A stretch of 64,000 nt of DNA, from NCBI GenBank assembly GCA_963768425.1, contig CAVYHV010000023.1, positions 31,260 through 95,259 on the forward strand, written 5' to 3'. Made by a program: the position numbers and the translations under genes. Positions 9,182 to 18,938 of the stretch are shown here, one piece after another (positions within the stretch are counted from its first letter, which is position 1; each line of letters opens with the position of its first letter). Under the pieces are notes generated by a model. That model saw nothing but the letters and a program-made list of their open reading frames with translations. It was not told where the DNA came from and did no database searches. This stretch comes from Candidatus Bathyarchaeota archaeon (GTDB taxonomy: Archaea; Thermoproteota; Bathyarchaeia; Bathyarchaeales; Bathycorpusculaceae).

Positions 9182-10143
9182 GAAGATTCGCCGACAGCTA
9201 CCATAAACTCGTTAACGGTTAACACGGGCTTTGAAAACTTTCCTGGAGCATCCAAACTAATTCGAGGGCACGCGGTGTTGACATAGGCGTCAATGGATGG
9301 AAACTCCAAGAATGTTTCAGGCGTAATTTCCTTGGCAGCCAACAGAAATGCTGCAACTCCGTGTTTCTGCGCCAACTCCTTGATTTTCAATGCTTGATCA
9401 ATCTTTTTTTGCCCAGGTTTTAAGCCGATCAATACACCGAAGGTTCTTGCTTTTCGTGCCTCTTCAATGCTTGCCCAGCGCTGCTTGATGATTTTCTGAG
9501 CTTCTTTATCAATTGAGAAAGCCCTGTTATCATATGGATCGGCAATGACGGTTGGTTTGGACGTGTTCAACGCTATGCCTAATGCATGGAACAAGCCTCC
9601 GCCAATGAAAAGAAAAGCATCCACCTCCTACGCGATTGATTTCACGTTGCTGTAGTTGCAGCCGAGGACCTGACCAGGATAACTCATCTGCCCGCCATCG
9701 CCGACAACAACGATTTTCCCAGCCTTCGTTAAAATTTCTCGGGCTTGATTGAGCTCCTCTAGATGCTGTACCGAAGTCGCCAACCCGATCCTTGCAAACT
9801 TACTCAAAAGCGGCAAAGCTTTCTCCACTGCCTTGTTCACGCGTACAGTAGAGTTTGCCTCGATGTAAATCGTGGGGACCCGCCCATGGGCCAGAAATTT
9901 GGAGTGCCCAAAATGCACTATTAAATCCGCTCCCAAGCTTTCAGCAGCATCCATTGCAATATCGCACGCTCCGTAGCATGGGTCAGCGGAAATTATAGGA
10001 AGGGCGCCGGTTTTCTCCACGATATCTGCTAGACGGGGACCTTCAGGTTTGAATCCCTCAGGTAACTGAAGCAAAACTCGCTTAGCGCTACGCTTAGCTA
10101 TCTCTTGCTTAAGCCGTTTCTCTTCAAAATCAAAACCCTTCAA
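9142..10143 (-). CDS. dph2: Diphthamide biosynthesis radical-SAM enzyme Dph2, interrupted by one in-frame TAG at 9628-9630
   Basis: ORFs 9628..10143 and 9142..9624 are in the same frame (SIA-TAG-EVDAFLFIG). All three Fe-S Cys motifs (YGACD, GQVLGC, TACPR) are present across the two halves. Confidence 0.9.
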
Positions 10144-10212
10144 AGTTCACTCCAGCCACTGACAAAAAGAAAGCAAAAACGAAATAAGAATTGGGTTGCG
10201 TAGCGTTTTAGG

Positions 10213-12645
10213 TTAGCGTGGCCATTCCCAGTCTTGCACTGGCTTCTTGATCGGTTGCCCTCGAGCTAAGGCTGCTTGTTCTGCGAGCCTTTCGAGAATT
10301 ATCTTTTGTTCCACACTTGCAACCTGTTTCTTTGTGGCTATGACTGCGTCGTTGTTTACTGATAAGCTGTCGATTCCGGCTCGGACGAGGAACTCTGCGA
10401 AGTCCGGTAGGTTTGATGGCCCTTCACCGCAGATTGAGACTGTGCATCCGTTTTCGTGAGCGACTTTGATAAGGTGAGCAAGTATTCTTTTTACGGCTGG
10501 GTCTCTCTCGTCGAAATAGCCCATTTGCCCTAGTCGTTCAGAGTCGCGGTCAATCATAAGTATGCCTTGAGTCATGTCGTTTGAACCGATAGAGAAGCCA
10601 TCGACCAATTTGGAGAATTCGTCAGCCATTATTGCGATTGAAGGAGTTTCTGCCATGAACCAAACCTTGAAGTCTTTTGAGCGTTCTAAGCCTTCTTCCT
10701 TCATGATTTCTATGACTTTTTTGGCTTCCCAAAGCGTGCGAACCATCGGAAGCATAACGTAAACGTTTTTGAGCCCCCATTCTGTGCGGCATTTCTTAAT
10801 GGCTTGGCATTCGAGTCGGAAAGCTTGGATGTACCATTTGCTTATGTAACGGCTGCAGCCTCTCCAGCCAAGCATTGGGTTTTCCTCAACTATTTCGTAT
10901 TTGTCTCCGCCCTTCAAGCCCCTATACTCGTTGGTTTTGAAGTCACTAAAACGGACTACAACTTGCCTAGGCTGGATTGCTCTGGCAACCGTGGCTATGC
11001 CTTCGGCGAGCTTATCTACAAATTGTTGGCTTTGACCTTCATCAACAAAAGCCATCGGGTGCTTACCTATGGCGCTGGCCAGGATGAATTCTGTGCGCAT
11101 CAATCCAATGCCTTCAAACGGCAGATTCTTGTATTGTTCAATCATCTCCGGAGTTCCGAGATTCATGTAGATTTTTGTGGCTGTTACTGGAGCGACTTCT
11201 GCTTGCATAAAAACGGTCGATCCATTTGATGTTGCGGTTGGTTGAACAGCTTGCGCTAAAACACCTTCGTAGATTATGCCGTTTCTCGAATCAACTGTGT
11301 ATTCTTGACCTGTTTTCATTACTTGTGTGGCCGTTTCAGTCCCCACCACACAAGGAATGTTCAGTTCACGACTTACAATTGCAGCGTGAGAGGTGATTCC
11401 ACCCTTATCAGTAACAATGGCGCTTGCCATTTTCATGAAAGGTACAAAATCAGGATCAGTCATGCCAGTAACGAGAACGTCCCCTTTGTGCATGTCCCGA
11501 TGCGCATCATCAGGGTTTAGGACAACTGTCGCCTTGCCTACCCCGTAGCCTCTTCTTCCAGCTGAAATGCCTCTAACTACTACTTTTAATTCTTCTCCAG
11601 CTCTATGGTCGTCACTTTTTATGGGTATATCCATCTGTTTTGAGCTCCATACTGTTTCTGGGCGAGCTTGAACTATGAACATGTTCTCTGGATATGGCAA
11701 ATCTTGGTCAATTGCCCATTCAATATCCATGGGCTTGCCATAATGTTTCTCAATTCGGTTAGCAAGTGCAGCAAGCGCTAAGATTTCTGTGTCACTCATG
11801 CAAGTTACTTTCTGCTTATCCTCAGGAACATCCAAATGAACTGTTTTTCCTGTTTTAGGGTCACGGATGTACTCTATTGTTTTACGTGAAATCCTTCTTT
11901 CCTTAATAGCCACAGTACTTTTGTCAACAATAAAGTCGTCAGGGTTAACTACACCTGAAACTACGGTTTCGCCTAAACCATAGTTACCTTCAATAACTAT
12001 TTCATCGCGATTTCCAGTCACCGGGTTTATTGTAAACATAACGCCAGCGCAGCCGGAGTTAACCATTTTTTGAACACCGACACTTATGAAAACTTTCTCG
12101 TGTGGAAAACCTTTCTCGTTTCTGTAAAAGATTGCTCTTGGCGTAAACAGGCTTGACCAACATTTAACGACTTTTGCTATAAGGTCGTCAGCGCCTCTTA
12201 CGTTCAGAAAAGTTTCCTGTTGCCCCGCAAACGATGCGTCGGGCAAATCTTCGGCTGTAGCGCTTGATCGAACCGCAACAAAAACCTCTTTCAGCTCGAG
12301 CCGTTGGTTCATTTCTTTGTAAGCGGATCTCACGGCAGTTTCTATGTCTTTAGGCATCGGAGTTTTTTCGATAAGTTCACGTATTTTTTTGGATGCCACA
12401 TCGTACTGTTTGGGGTCATTGGGGTTAGTTACTGTTTCATTTATTATTTTGTAAATTTGCTCTGCTATGTTCTTTTCTTGAATATATTTTTCATAAGAAT
12501 AAGCTGTTACCGCAAAACCGGGAGGAACAGGCATTCCAGCATGGATCATTTCGCCGAGGCTGGCGTTTTTGCCGCCAACAAGATGAACATCGGTATTTCT
12601 TACATCTTCAAACCATAAAACCAGTTCTTTCCCTTTTCCGCTCAA
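10213..12645 (-). CDS. ppsA: Phosphoenolpyruvate synthase
   Basis: VGGKNASLGE, AVRSSATAED...SFAGQQETF, GGITSHAAIVSRE, ENPMLGWRG. Confidence 0.96.
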   Translation of the reverse strand: MSGKGKELVLWFEDVRNTDVHLVGGKNASLGEMIHAGMPVPPGFAVTAYSYEKYIQEKNIAEQIYKIINETVTNPNDPKQYDVASKKIRELIEKTPMPKDIETAVRSAYKEMNQRLELKEVFVAVRSSATAEDLPDASFAGQQETFLNVRGADDLIAKVVKCWSSLFTPRAIFYRNEKGFPHEKVFISVGVQKMVNSGCAGVMFTINPVTGNRDEIVIEGNYGLGETVVSGVVNPDDFIVDKSTVAIKERRISRKTIEYIRDPKTGKTVHLDVPEDKQKVTCMSDTEILALAALANRIEKHYGKPMDIEWAIDQDLPYPENMFIVQARPETVWSSKQMDIPIKSDDHRAGEELKVVVRGISAGRRGYGVGKATVVLNPDDAHRDMHKGDVLVTGMTDPDFVPFMKMASAIVTDKGGITSHAAIVSRELNIPCVVGTETATQVMKTGQEYTVDSRNGIIYEGVLAQAVQPTATSNGSTVFMQAEVAPVTATKIYMNLGTPEMIEQYKNLPFEGIGLMRTEFILASAIGKHPMAFVDEGQSQQFVDKLAEGIATVARAIQPRQVVVRFSDFKTNEYRGLKGGDKYEIVEENPMLGWRGCSRYISKWYIQAFRLECQAIKKCRTEWGLKNVYVMLPMVRTLWEAKKVIEIMKEEGLERSKDFKVWFMAETPSIAIMADEFSKLVDGFSIGSNDMTQGILMIDRDSERLGQMGYFDERDPAVKRILAHLIKVAHENGCTVSICGEGPSNLPDFAEFLVRAGIDSLSVNNDAVIATKKQVASVEQKIILERLAEQAALARGQPIKKPVQDWEWPR

Positions 12646-13199
12646 GTCGTCTCCGTCTCCGGTTGTTCCTTCTCAGCTACGTCTAACTCTGTTACGTCTG
12701 GAGAAGCTTCAATCTTGGAGATGACTATCTTGCAAGGGATGGGAAGTTTTGCGCTGCCTCTTTTAAGGGATTCTTTTGCTGTTTGCTCAGCGCCAGCTTT
12801 TACCCTGACGGTTATGATGGGTTGACCCACCTCTACCTTTGCGGCCGTGCCGATTGCTGTGCCGAAGGACCGCCTCATTCCTTGTTGAAGTCGGTCTGCG
12901 TGAGCGCCGAAAATCATTTTATTTTCTCTGAGAATTATATGAGGATACGGATGAACAATCATAAGGTAATCGTTTATGAGTTTATCAATCAAAACTCGGT
13001 TTGTGGCTACGCGCGCCGCTTCTAATGCGCTATGGCGTATCTGGGCCCGTTCGGTGGAGATAAGTTGACCCTCGACTTCAAAGGTTGCTTTAGTATCACC
13101 CATAGTGAATTTGACTATTTTTGGCGGCGGAAAACCTCTGGCGTATTCTTTTCGCGTATACGCTCGGTTCTTCACGTGCCGATAATTTCGCGCATGCAT
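12642..13199 (-). CDS. rpl10e: Ribosomal protein uL16 (L10e)
   Basis: AYTRKEY, QIRHSALEAAR, RENKM..GA.ADRLQ.GMR.SFG. Confidence 0.96.
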   Translation of the reverse strand: MHARNYRHVKNRAYTRKEYARGFPPPKIVKFTMGDTKATFEVEGQLISTERAQIRHSALEAARVATNRVLIDKLINDYLMIVHPYPHIILRENKMIFGAHADRLQQGMRRSFGTAIGTAAKVEVGQPIITVRVKAGAEQTAKESLKRGSAKLPIPCKIVISKIEASPDVTELDVAEKEQPETETT

Positions 13200-13365
13200 G
13201 CAAATATCCCTTTTTAGCTAACGCGCCCAGCGGTATTTAAACAATTTGCAAGTTCCAGCTTAACAATTCCGTTATTATTTAACGTATAATCATTTACATT
13301 AGAGAGGTATTCTGGTTGAAAAGCGCGCGATTTCTTATATACTTAGTTAACTTTTTTATTAACCG

Positions 13366-14661
13366 ATGCTAACAAAACTATTCATTTCAGGAAAAAACTG
13401 GAAACTTTCACTAGCCGAAATCACTGCTTATCTTAGCGCCAGAGAAATAGAGTTTAGTGTAAATTTCTTTTCCAAAGAATTTTTTTCAGTTGAATTACAA
13501 CAAAACGTCAATATAGGGATCGAAGATTTAGGGGGAACAATAAAAATTGGTGAAGCAAAAACGGAGTTCCCAACCCAAGTTGCAAGGCAAGCGTTTGTTG
13601 AAAGAAACAAACAAGCCCAGTCACAGATAACCACCGCATTAGATTCAAGCGGTTTAGTTGATGCCATGGCAAAGTGTTCCGAAAGGGTGTTTTTTGGAGT
13701 AAGCGTCTACAGTTCTGACAGCAGCCTGCGTTCTATGTCCGGTGTTATTCAAAGGTTTGTGGGAAGCACCGTTAAGGATCAACTGGGTGGTTACGGAAAA
13801 AAATCAAAGTTCATGGGCTTCTCGAAAGACAGAGGGCTACCGCAGCTAAGCCATGTCGAAGTAATTAAGAAGAAGCTAGTCGAAAATCAATCGGAAGTGC
13901 TGGTGTGCATCGGCAAGCAGAAGACTTGGGTCGGATCTACAGTCGGCGTTCACAACCCATTCGAATTCCAAAAAAGAGATGTGGGCAAGCCCAACGAAAG
14001 AAGAATTTTCGCTATGCCACCGAGGATAGCACGAATGATGGTTAACTTGTCTGCTTGCGCACCCGGAAAAGTTTTGCTTGACCCCTTCTGCGGCGTTGGC
14101 ACGATTCTTCAAGAAGCATTATTGGGCAGAGCTAAGGTTGTAGGCGTTGACGCTAATTCTTGGTGTGTAAAAGCAGCTACCGAAAATCTCGAGTGGCTCA
14201 CCAGAGAATACAGTCTTGAAAATGCTGACTTCAGGGTTGTTCAGGGCGATGTTAGTAAACTTACGCAGAAAATCGGTCAAGAAATGGTTGACTGCATAGT
14301 TACAGAACCAGATTTAGGTCCAGCATTACGTCAAGTGCCTACTGGACCTTACGCATTAAAGATTATTGAAAAGCTTGAGCCACTGTTTTTTGGTTTTGTT
14401 GAGAAAGCTTACCAAGTGCTTAAGGCGGGCGGGCGATTGGTGCTTGTGACGCCCTACATTGTTACACGTTCCGGGCAAGCGGTGACGATGCCAATCTGCG
14501 AGAAACTTGAGAGCCTCGGATTCAACCGGGTACAGCCGTTCACCAAAGAAATGTTTCCAGAAAAGCTGGAAGCTGTTGAAGCATTGGAAAGTCTTGGTTC
14601 CTTGGTTGAGATTGATGAGCGGCACAAGATTGGCCGAGAAATCCACATTTACCAAAAATAA
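13366..14661 (+). CDS. Trm11/TrmG10-like SAM-dependent RNA methyltransferase
   Basis: PPRIARMMVNL, LLDPFCGVGTIL.EA, VTEP.LG. Confidence 0.8.
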   Translation: MLTKLFISGKNWKLSLAEITAYLSAREIEFSVNFFSKEFFSVELQQNVNIGIEDLGGTIKIGEAKTEFPTQVARQAFVERNKQAQSQITTALDSSGLVDAMAKCSERVFFGVSVYSSDSSLRSMSGVIQRFVGSTVKDQLGGYGKKSKFMGFSKDRGLPQLSHVEVIKKKLVENQSEVLVCIGKQKTWVGSTVGVHNPFEFQKRDVGKPNERRIFAMPPRIARMMVNLSACAPGKVLLDPFCGVGTILQEALLGRAKVVGVDANSWCVKAATENLEWLTREYSLENADFRVVQGDVSKLTQKIGQEMVDCIVTEPDLGPALRQVPTGPYALKIIEKLEPLFFGFVEKAYQVLKAGGRLVLVTPYIVTRSGQAVTMPICEKLESLGFNRVQPFTKEMFPEKLEAVEALESLGSLVEIDERHKIGREIHIYQK

Positions 14662-14787
14662 AGGTTCACTGTAAGAGTTGTGTAGTTGAGGTTAGGTTTT
14701 GCATGTTTTTGTTTTTCGTTTAATAAATATTTTTGAAGTTTGTTTTTTTGGCTGCTTTTTTGTTACTGAGCTTGAATCATTTGCAGG

Positions 14788-14890
14788 TACCGTCCTTTAA
14801 AGTCATTTACCGTCCACTACCGTTCTTTACCGTCCTTTAAAGTCTGCAGGCGTCCCTTAACGTTATTTAACGTCCCTTAACGTCAATAGA
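14788..14890. repeat. Intergenic tandem array of about ten degenerate 10-bp units (consensus CGTCCTTTAM)
   Basis: Units from 14791: cgtcctttaa agtcatttac cgtccactac cgttctttac cgtcctttaa agtctgcagg cgtcccttaa cgttatttaa cgtcccttaa cgtcaataga. Confidence 0.85.
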
Positions 14891-15093
14891 AGAAAACATC
14901 TAAAGTCCATTGCTGTCAATGATCCTCAATTAAAACCAAAAAATAGATATTAAAAAGCGGAAATCATATGCACCGAGCCACATTTTCTAAAAACTGATCT
15001 TAGAGACGTGAAACTTTACCTAGCACCCAATTATTCACTGAAATGTAAGATGATTTATTAATTTGTTATGAGGAGATATTTCTCTAAAACTGC

Positions 15094-15594
15094 ATGAGGC
15101 TGAAAACATTGGAGACCAATTCAAGACCTAACTGGGACAGATATTTCTTGGATCTTTGCGAAGCCGTGGCAAGGCGCGCAACTTGCGACCGCGGAAGAAG
15201 CGGCTGCGTAATCGTAAAAGACAAACGAATAATGACAACGGGGTACGTTGGCGCCCCTGCTGGTTTGCCGCATTGCGACGAAGTAGGCCACGACATGCGC
15301 AAAGTCTTCGACAGCACCGGCAACGTAACCCAGCATTGCGTCCGTACGCTTCACGCGGAACAAAACGCAATCATCCAAGCAGCGCGATTTGGGATACCGC
15401 TTGAAGGAGCCACACTTTTCTGCAAAATGACGCCATGCCGAACCTGCGCGATGATAATAATCAACGCGGGCATAAAACGGGTGGTTTGCGAAAAACGCTA
15501 TCACGCAGACGCTGACACGATAGAGATGTTCAAGCAAGCATGCGTTGACTTAACCATCGTTAACAATGAAGTGGAGAAATACGATAAACAATAA
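15094..15594 (+). CDS. dCMP deaminase (ComEB-like)
   Basis: RP.WD.YF, RATC.R, HAEQNAIIQAA, PCRTC zinc motif. Confidence 0.92.
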   Translation: MRLKTLETNSRPNWDRYFLDLCEAVARRATCDRGRSGCVIVKDKRIMTTGYVGAPAGLPHCDEVGHDMRKVFDSTGNVTQHCVRTLHAEQNAIIQAARFGIPLEGATLFCKMTPCRTCAMIIINAGIKRVVCEKRYHADADTIEMFKQACVDLTIVNNEVEKYDKQ

Positions 15595-15707
15595 GCTCTC
15601 GCGACTCTTTGAGAAGATAAACAATTACTAAATCGTTTTCTTGCAATTCGCAACTTACAAAAATCAGAAATACAAGAAACCCAGACATACTGAAGCAGGG
15701 CAACACA

Positions 15708-16844
15708 ATGGCCATTGACGAAAACGGTCTTAGTCTTCTTCAGACAATAATCGGTCCATGGTACGAATCCCTAAAAAAGCCTCAAGAAGCCCAGGAAAAA
15801 ATCCTTGACACGCTTTTGAAAGAGTACAGCAAAACTGAATATGGGGCAAGTTTTCACGCTGCCGAAATAAGCGGAATCCCACAGTACCAATCGAGCTTTC
15901 CAATAGCGAATTACCAACAGCTGATGCCTTACCTAGCCAAAGTAAGAGAAGGAAAATACAAAACATTTCTTTCTGAACCGCCTGAATGCTGGGTGATGAC
16001 GAGGGGTTCCACAGGATCTTCTAAGGTCTTACCTGCCACCAAAACTCATCTGAAACAAATATTTTCCTGCGGAGCCAGAGCCCTGGTTCACAATGCCGTC
16101 AGAACAGAAAACTTCGACGTCTTCATGGGCGACGTTCTTAACCTGAATTTTCCATCCAGCGTTCACACAATGACAACCGAAGGCAAAGAAGAAACGTACG
16201 GATACAGTTCAGGAACATATGCCAGAGTCAACCCGATGTTCGACCGCATCAGTCTAGTGCCACGGCAAGAAGAAATTGATCGACTTGGCTCCGGAATAGG
16301 CAAGGCTGATTGGGAAGGAAGATTCGAGTTAGCCTACCAGAAAGCATTAAACCACAGTGTCACAGCGACAATGGGTGTAACGCCTGTCATCATGGGGTTC
16401 GCACGGTACGTCAAAAAGAAACATGGAAAAGTGCCCAGAGACATCTGGAAGTTCAAAGCTTTGTTTTGCACCAGCGTACCAAAAATTCAATTCAAGTACG
16501 CCCCGCTGTTAAAGAAATATTTCGGATCCGCTCCGATTGTAGAAATGTACACAGCTACCGAGGGCGTGTTTGGCCAGCAACTTGATGATTTACCTTATGT
16601 GACCCCGAATTACGATGCGTACCTCTTTGAAGTTCAAACCAAAGAAGGAATGAAAATGCTTCATGAACTCAAACGAGGCGAGTGGGGAAGACTAATCATT
16701 TCTTCAACGATGCTGCCCCGTTACGACATCGGCGACCTCATAGAAGCTGCTGGAAAAAACTATTTCCGGGTGTTAGGAAGAGGAAAACTCTCAACGGTCC
16801 TTGAACATAGGCTTTACAGATTGTTTTTTGGTTGGCAACTCTAA
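15708..16844 (+). CDS. GH3 (auxin-responsive promoter) family adenylate-forming protein
   Basis: TEYG, TRGSTGSSK.LP.T (P-loop-like), Y.ATEG, RYDIGD motifs of GH3/ANL ligases. Confidence 0.8.
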   Translation: MAIDENGLSLLQTIIGPWYESLKKPQEAQEKILDTLLKEYSKTEYGASFHAAEISGIPQYQSSFPIANYQQLMPYLAKVREGKYKTFLSEPPECWVMTRGSTGSSKVLPATKTHLKQIFSCGARALVHNAVRTENFDVFMGDVLNLNFPSSVHTMTTEGKEETYGYSSGTYARVNPMFDRISLVPRQEEIDRLGSGIGKADWEGRFELAYQKALNHSVTATMGVTPVIMGFARYVKKKHGKVPRDIWKFKALFCTSVPKIQFKYAPLLKKYFGSAPIVEMYTATEGVFGQQLDDLPYVTPNYDAYLFEVQTKEGMKMLHELKRGEWGRLIISSTMLPRYDIGDLIEAAGKNYFRVLGRGKLSTVLEHRLYRLFFGWQL

Positions 16845-17239
16845 GTGGGAACGGGATTCCTGCTTCTACTTCTAGAATAGTAATAGAGCCCTGCAAGCAA
16901 TATCAGAATGCCAATCCCAACTAACACAAGCGCTGAAGCCACGGGACCACTAAGGCCGCTGAAAACGGTTGTGGTTGCATTTATGAATGCAAGTACTCCC
17001 AAAAGGACAATCAAGATTCCCGCGACCAAATACCCGAAGCCTCCGCCAGACTTCTCGTGTTTTTCTCCGTGCTTTTCAGCCTTTTCGTTATGCTTCTCAT
17101 GCCGTTCATATCGATATCTGTAGTCTCGCGCTGTTGGACTCCCTTGCGAAGCAGTTCCGGCCTTCAGTGAAGCGCCGCATCGGGGACAGAAAGTCATCGT
17201 CTCATCAACTTTGTTGCCGCAATTTGGACAATACGACAT
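16841..17239 (-). CDS. Zinc-ribbon membrane protein
   Basis: MSYCPNCG...FCPRCG, H/E/K-rich linker, two C-terminal TMs; start taken at ATG 17239. Confidence 0.8.
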   Translation of the reverse strand: MSYCPNCGNKVDETMTFCPRCGASLKAGTASQGSPTARDYRYRYERHEKHNEKAEKHGEKHEKSGGGFGYLVAGILIVLLGVLAFINATTTVFSGLSGPVASALVLVGIGILILLAGLYYYSRSRSRNPVPT

Positions 17240-17351
17240 AAACCTAATCACACTACATTTTTCATTTAATAGATCAAAGTATATAAAATGTTCACTTCTG
17301 ACAAATCGAAAAAAACAAAAGTTAAATCCAAACACAACGAAATAAGACATA

Positions 17352-17890
17352 GTGCCAAAAAAAATGAGTGAAAAAACTTCAGGTTACCAAAGTGGTAGAC
17401 TATTCCGAGAAGGAGTAATAGCTGCCGTTTCCACAGGTTTATTCTTCAGTACTCAGTCGGAATTATCTTTGTAATCAACCAAAACCTTTGGCCAAAAATA
17501 AAAGACTTCGGCAACGATTTCACAATCACCCGCATTGCAAACACATCAATCCAATTGCCAGTACCCGCTTCTCCAGCCGCTCACGTCGCCGTCTATTCGG
17601 CGGTTTTTCAATTCGCGTTGGGAATTGGAATACTCGAAATCCTAATCTTGGCAATGCATCTTGCAAATGGGTCCCGAATAAGAAGAACAACTCAATCTAT
17701 CGGAAGTGCAGTTTTCTGGTTCGGTGCAGCCTATCTGTTAAGCATTCTTGCAGATATGAAAAACACATTAACAGACAGCCAACAACTAACTATATGGTAT
17801 CAATTTTGGGCAGCTATAATCATGCTGATAGGCATCTCAATAGTAGTTAGAGCAGGCGTCCTCTTAGCCGCAAAGCAATGGACAAAATAG
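17352..17890 (+). CDS. Hypothetical membrane protein, frameshifted near 17445-17457
   Basis: The MSEKTSGY...AVSTGLFF frame closes early; a second frame (VGIIFVINQNLW...LPVP) continues into ORF 17555..17890. Confidence 0.6.
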
Positions 17891-17923
17891 ATTCAGCCAA
17901 GAAAGACTAAGGAACGGCGATAT

Positions 17924-18253
17924 TCACCGTCTTCCCGGAACAACAATCCACTTTACATTATCGAACCCGTATTTAGTTATTAACGGGTCGACAAAGTCAG
18001 GCGCCAAGTAATCCTCAATTTCTGCAAAAACCACGCTATCGCCGATCCTGTAAACAATGCCGATTTCGGTAAGATCCTTCAAGACCGCGTATTTTCCTTT
18101 GATTTCCCAGTAGCCAGGCTCATCTCTACCAGGTTCCAAAAGCCAAGAGTATTGGTCCTGAGGATGTTCGCCCTGCTCAAAATTAAAAGCGCATACAACT
18201 TCTCCCACGATTTTTGGATCATCACTTGTCTTAACGTAAAACCAAATAGTCAT
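17924..18253 (-). CDS. Hypothetical protein
   Basis: Protein-like ORF starting MTIWFYVKT, co-directional with the hemK-ksgA operon. Confidence 0.7.
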   Translation of the reverse strand: MTIWFYVKTSDDPKIVGEVVCAFNFEQGEHPQDQYSWLLEPGRDEPGYWEIKGKYAVLKDLTEIGIVYRIGDSVVFAEIEDYLAPDFVDPLITKYGFDNVKWIVVPGRR

Positions 18254-18323
18254 ATTGCAATCACCGCAATAACCAATGCGCAACACCCTTTATTTGCTTT
18301 TCACAGACGAAGGAAGTCAAGGA

Positions 18324-18938
18324 TCAAGCTTTAGCTTCAATAAGAACAAGAGTCTCAAAGAAGGGGAGGCTTTGTTCCGCCTTTACGCTTGCTGCCAAAT
18401 GGTTCTCGCTAAATTTAAAAATTGTCTCTTCCACGTTTGCAAGCGTCGATTGCACCATAAGAACGCGACCATCGGCTTTAAGGTGCGGAACAACTTGCGA
18501 AATAAAACGGTCGATAACTTGCCGCCCGTTAACTCCGCCAGCCCATGAGCGCCCAATCCAAGTCTGGGTTTCACAGTTATCTGCTGGAAGGTAGGGTGCG
18601 TTGAAGAGAATCAAATCAAATCTCGCATCAATGTTAAAGGCAGTAAAGAGGTCAGCTTGCAGAAAAACTATCTTGCTCTCTGCATTATTAAACGCTGAGT
18701 TTTCTTTTGCACAGCGGAGGGCATAAGGGTTTAGGTCAATGGCAAACACCTCTTTCGCTTTTTCAGCCGCCAATATTCCAAGGATGCCACAGCCGGTTCC
18801 AAGATCTAGAACTTGTGCGCCCTCCTTAACTTCGAGGTTTTCAGCAAAAAGAAAAGAGTCCTCAGCAGGCTCGTAAACATCTTCCGGGACGTCAAAGACA
18901 TGGTTTCTGAAATGGATTCTATTGACGCGCGACTGCAT
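18324..18938 (-). CDS. HemK2/MTQ2-family protein methyltransferase
   Basis: VYEPAEDSFL, DLGTGCG, FNAPYLP, W.GG..GR, FFE.L. Confidence 0.92.
   Translation of the reverse strand: MQSRVNRIHFRNHVFDVPEDVYEPAEDSFLFAENLEVKEGAQVLDLGTGCGILGILAAEKAKEVFAIDLNPYALRCAKENSAFNNAESKIVFLQADLFTAFNIDARFDLILFNAPYLPADNCETQTWIGRSWAGGVNGRQVIDRFISQVVPHLKADGRVLMVQSTLANVEETIFKFSENHLAASVKAEQSLPFFETLVLIEAKA

Noticed and set aside
14788-14890. CRISPR array
   Set aside because: The units are 10 bp, contiguous and spacer-less; no cas genes are in the window.
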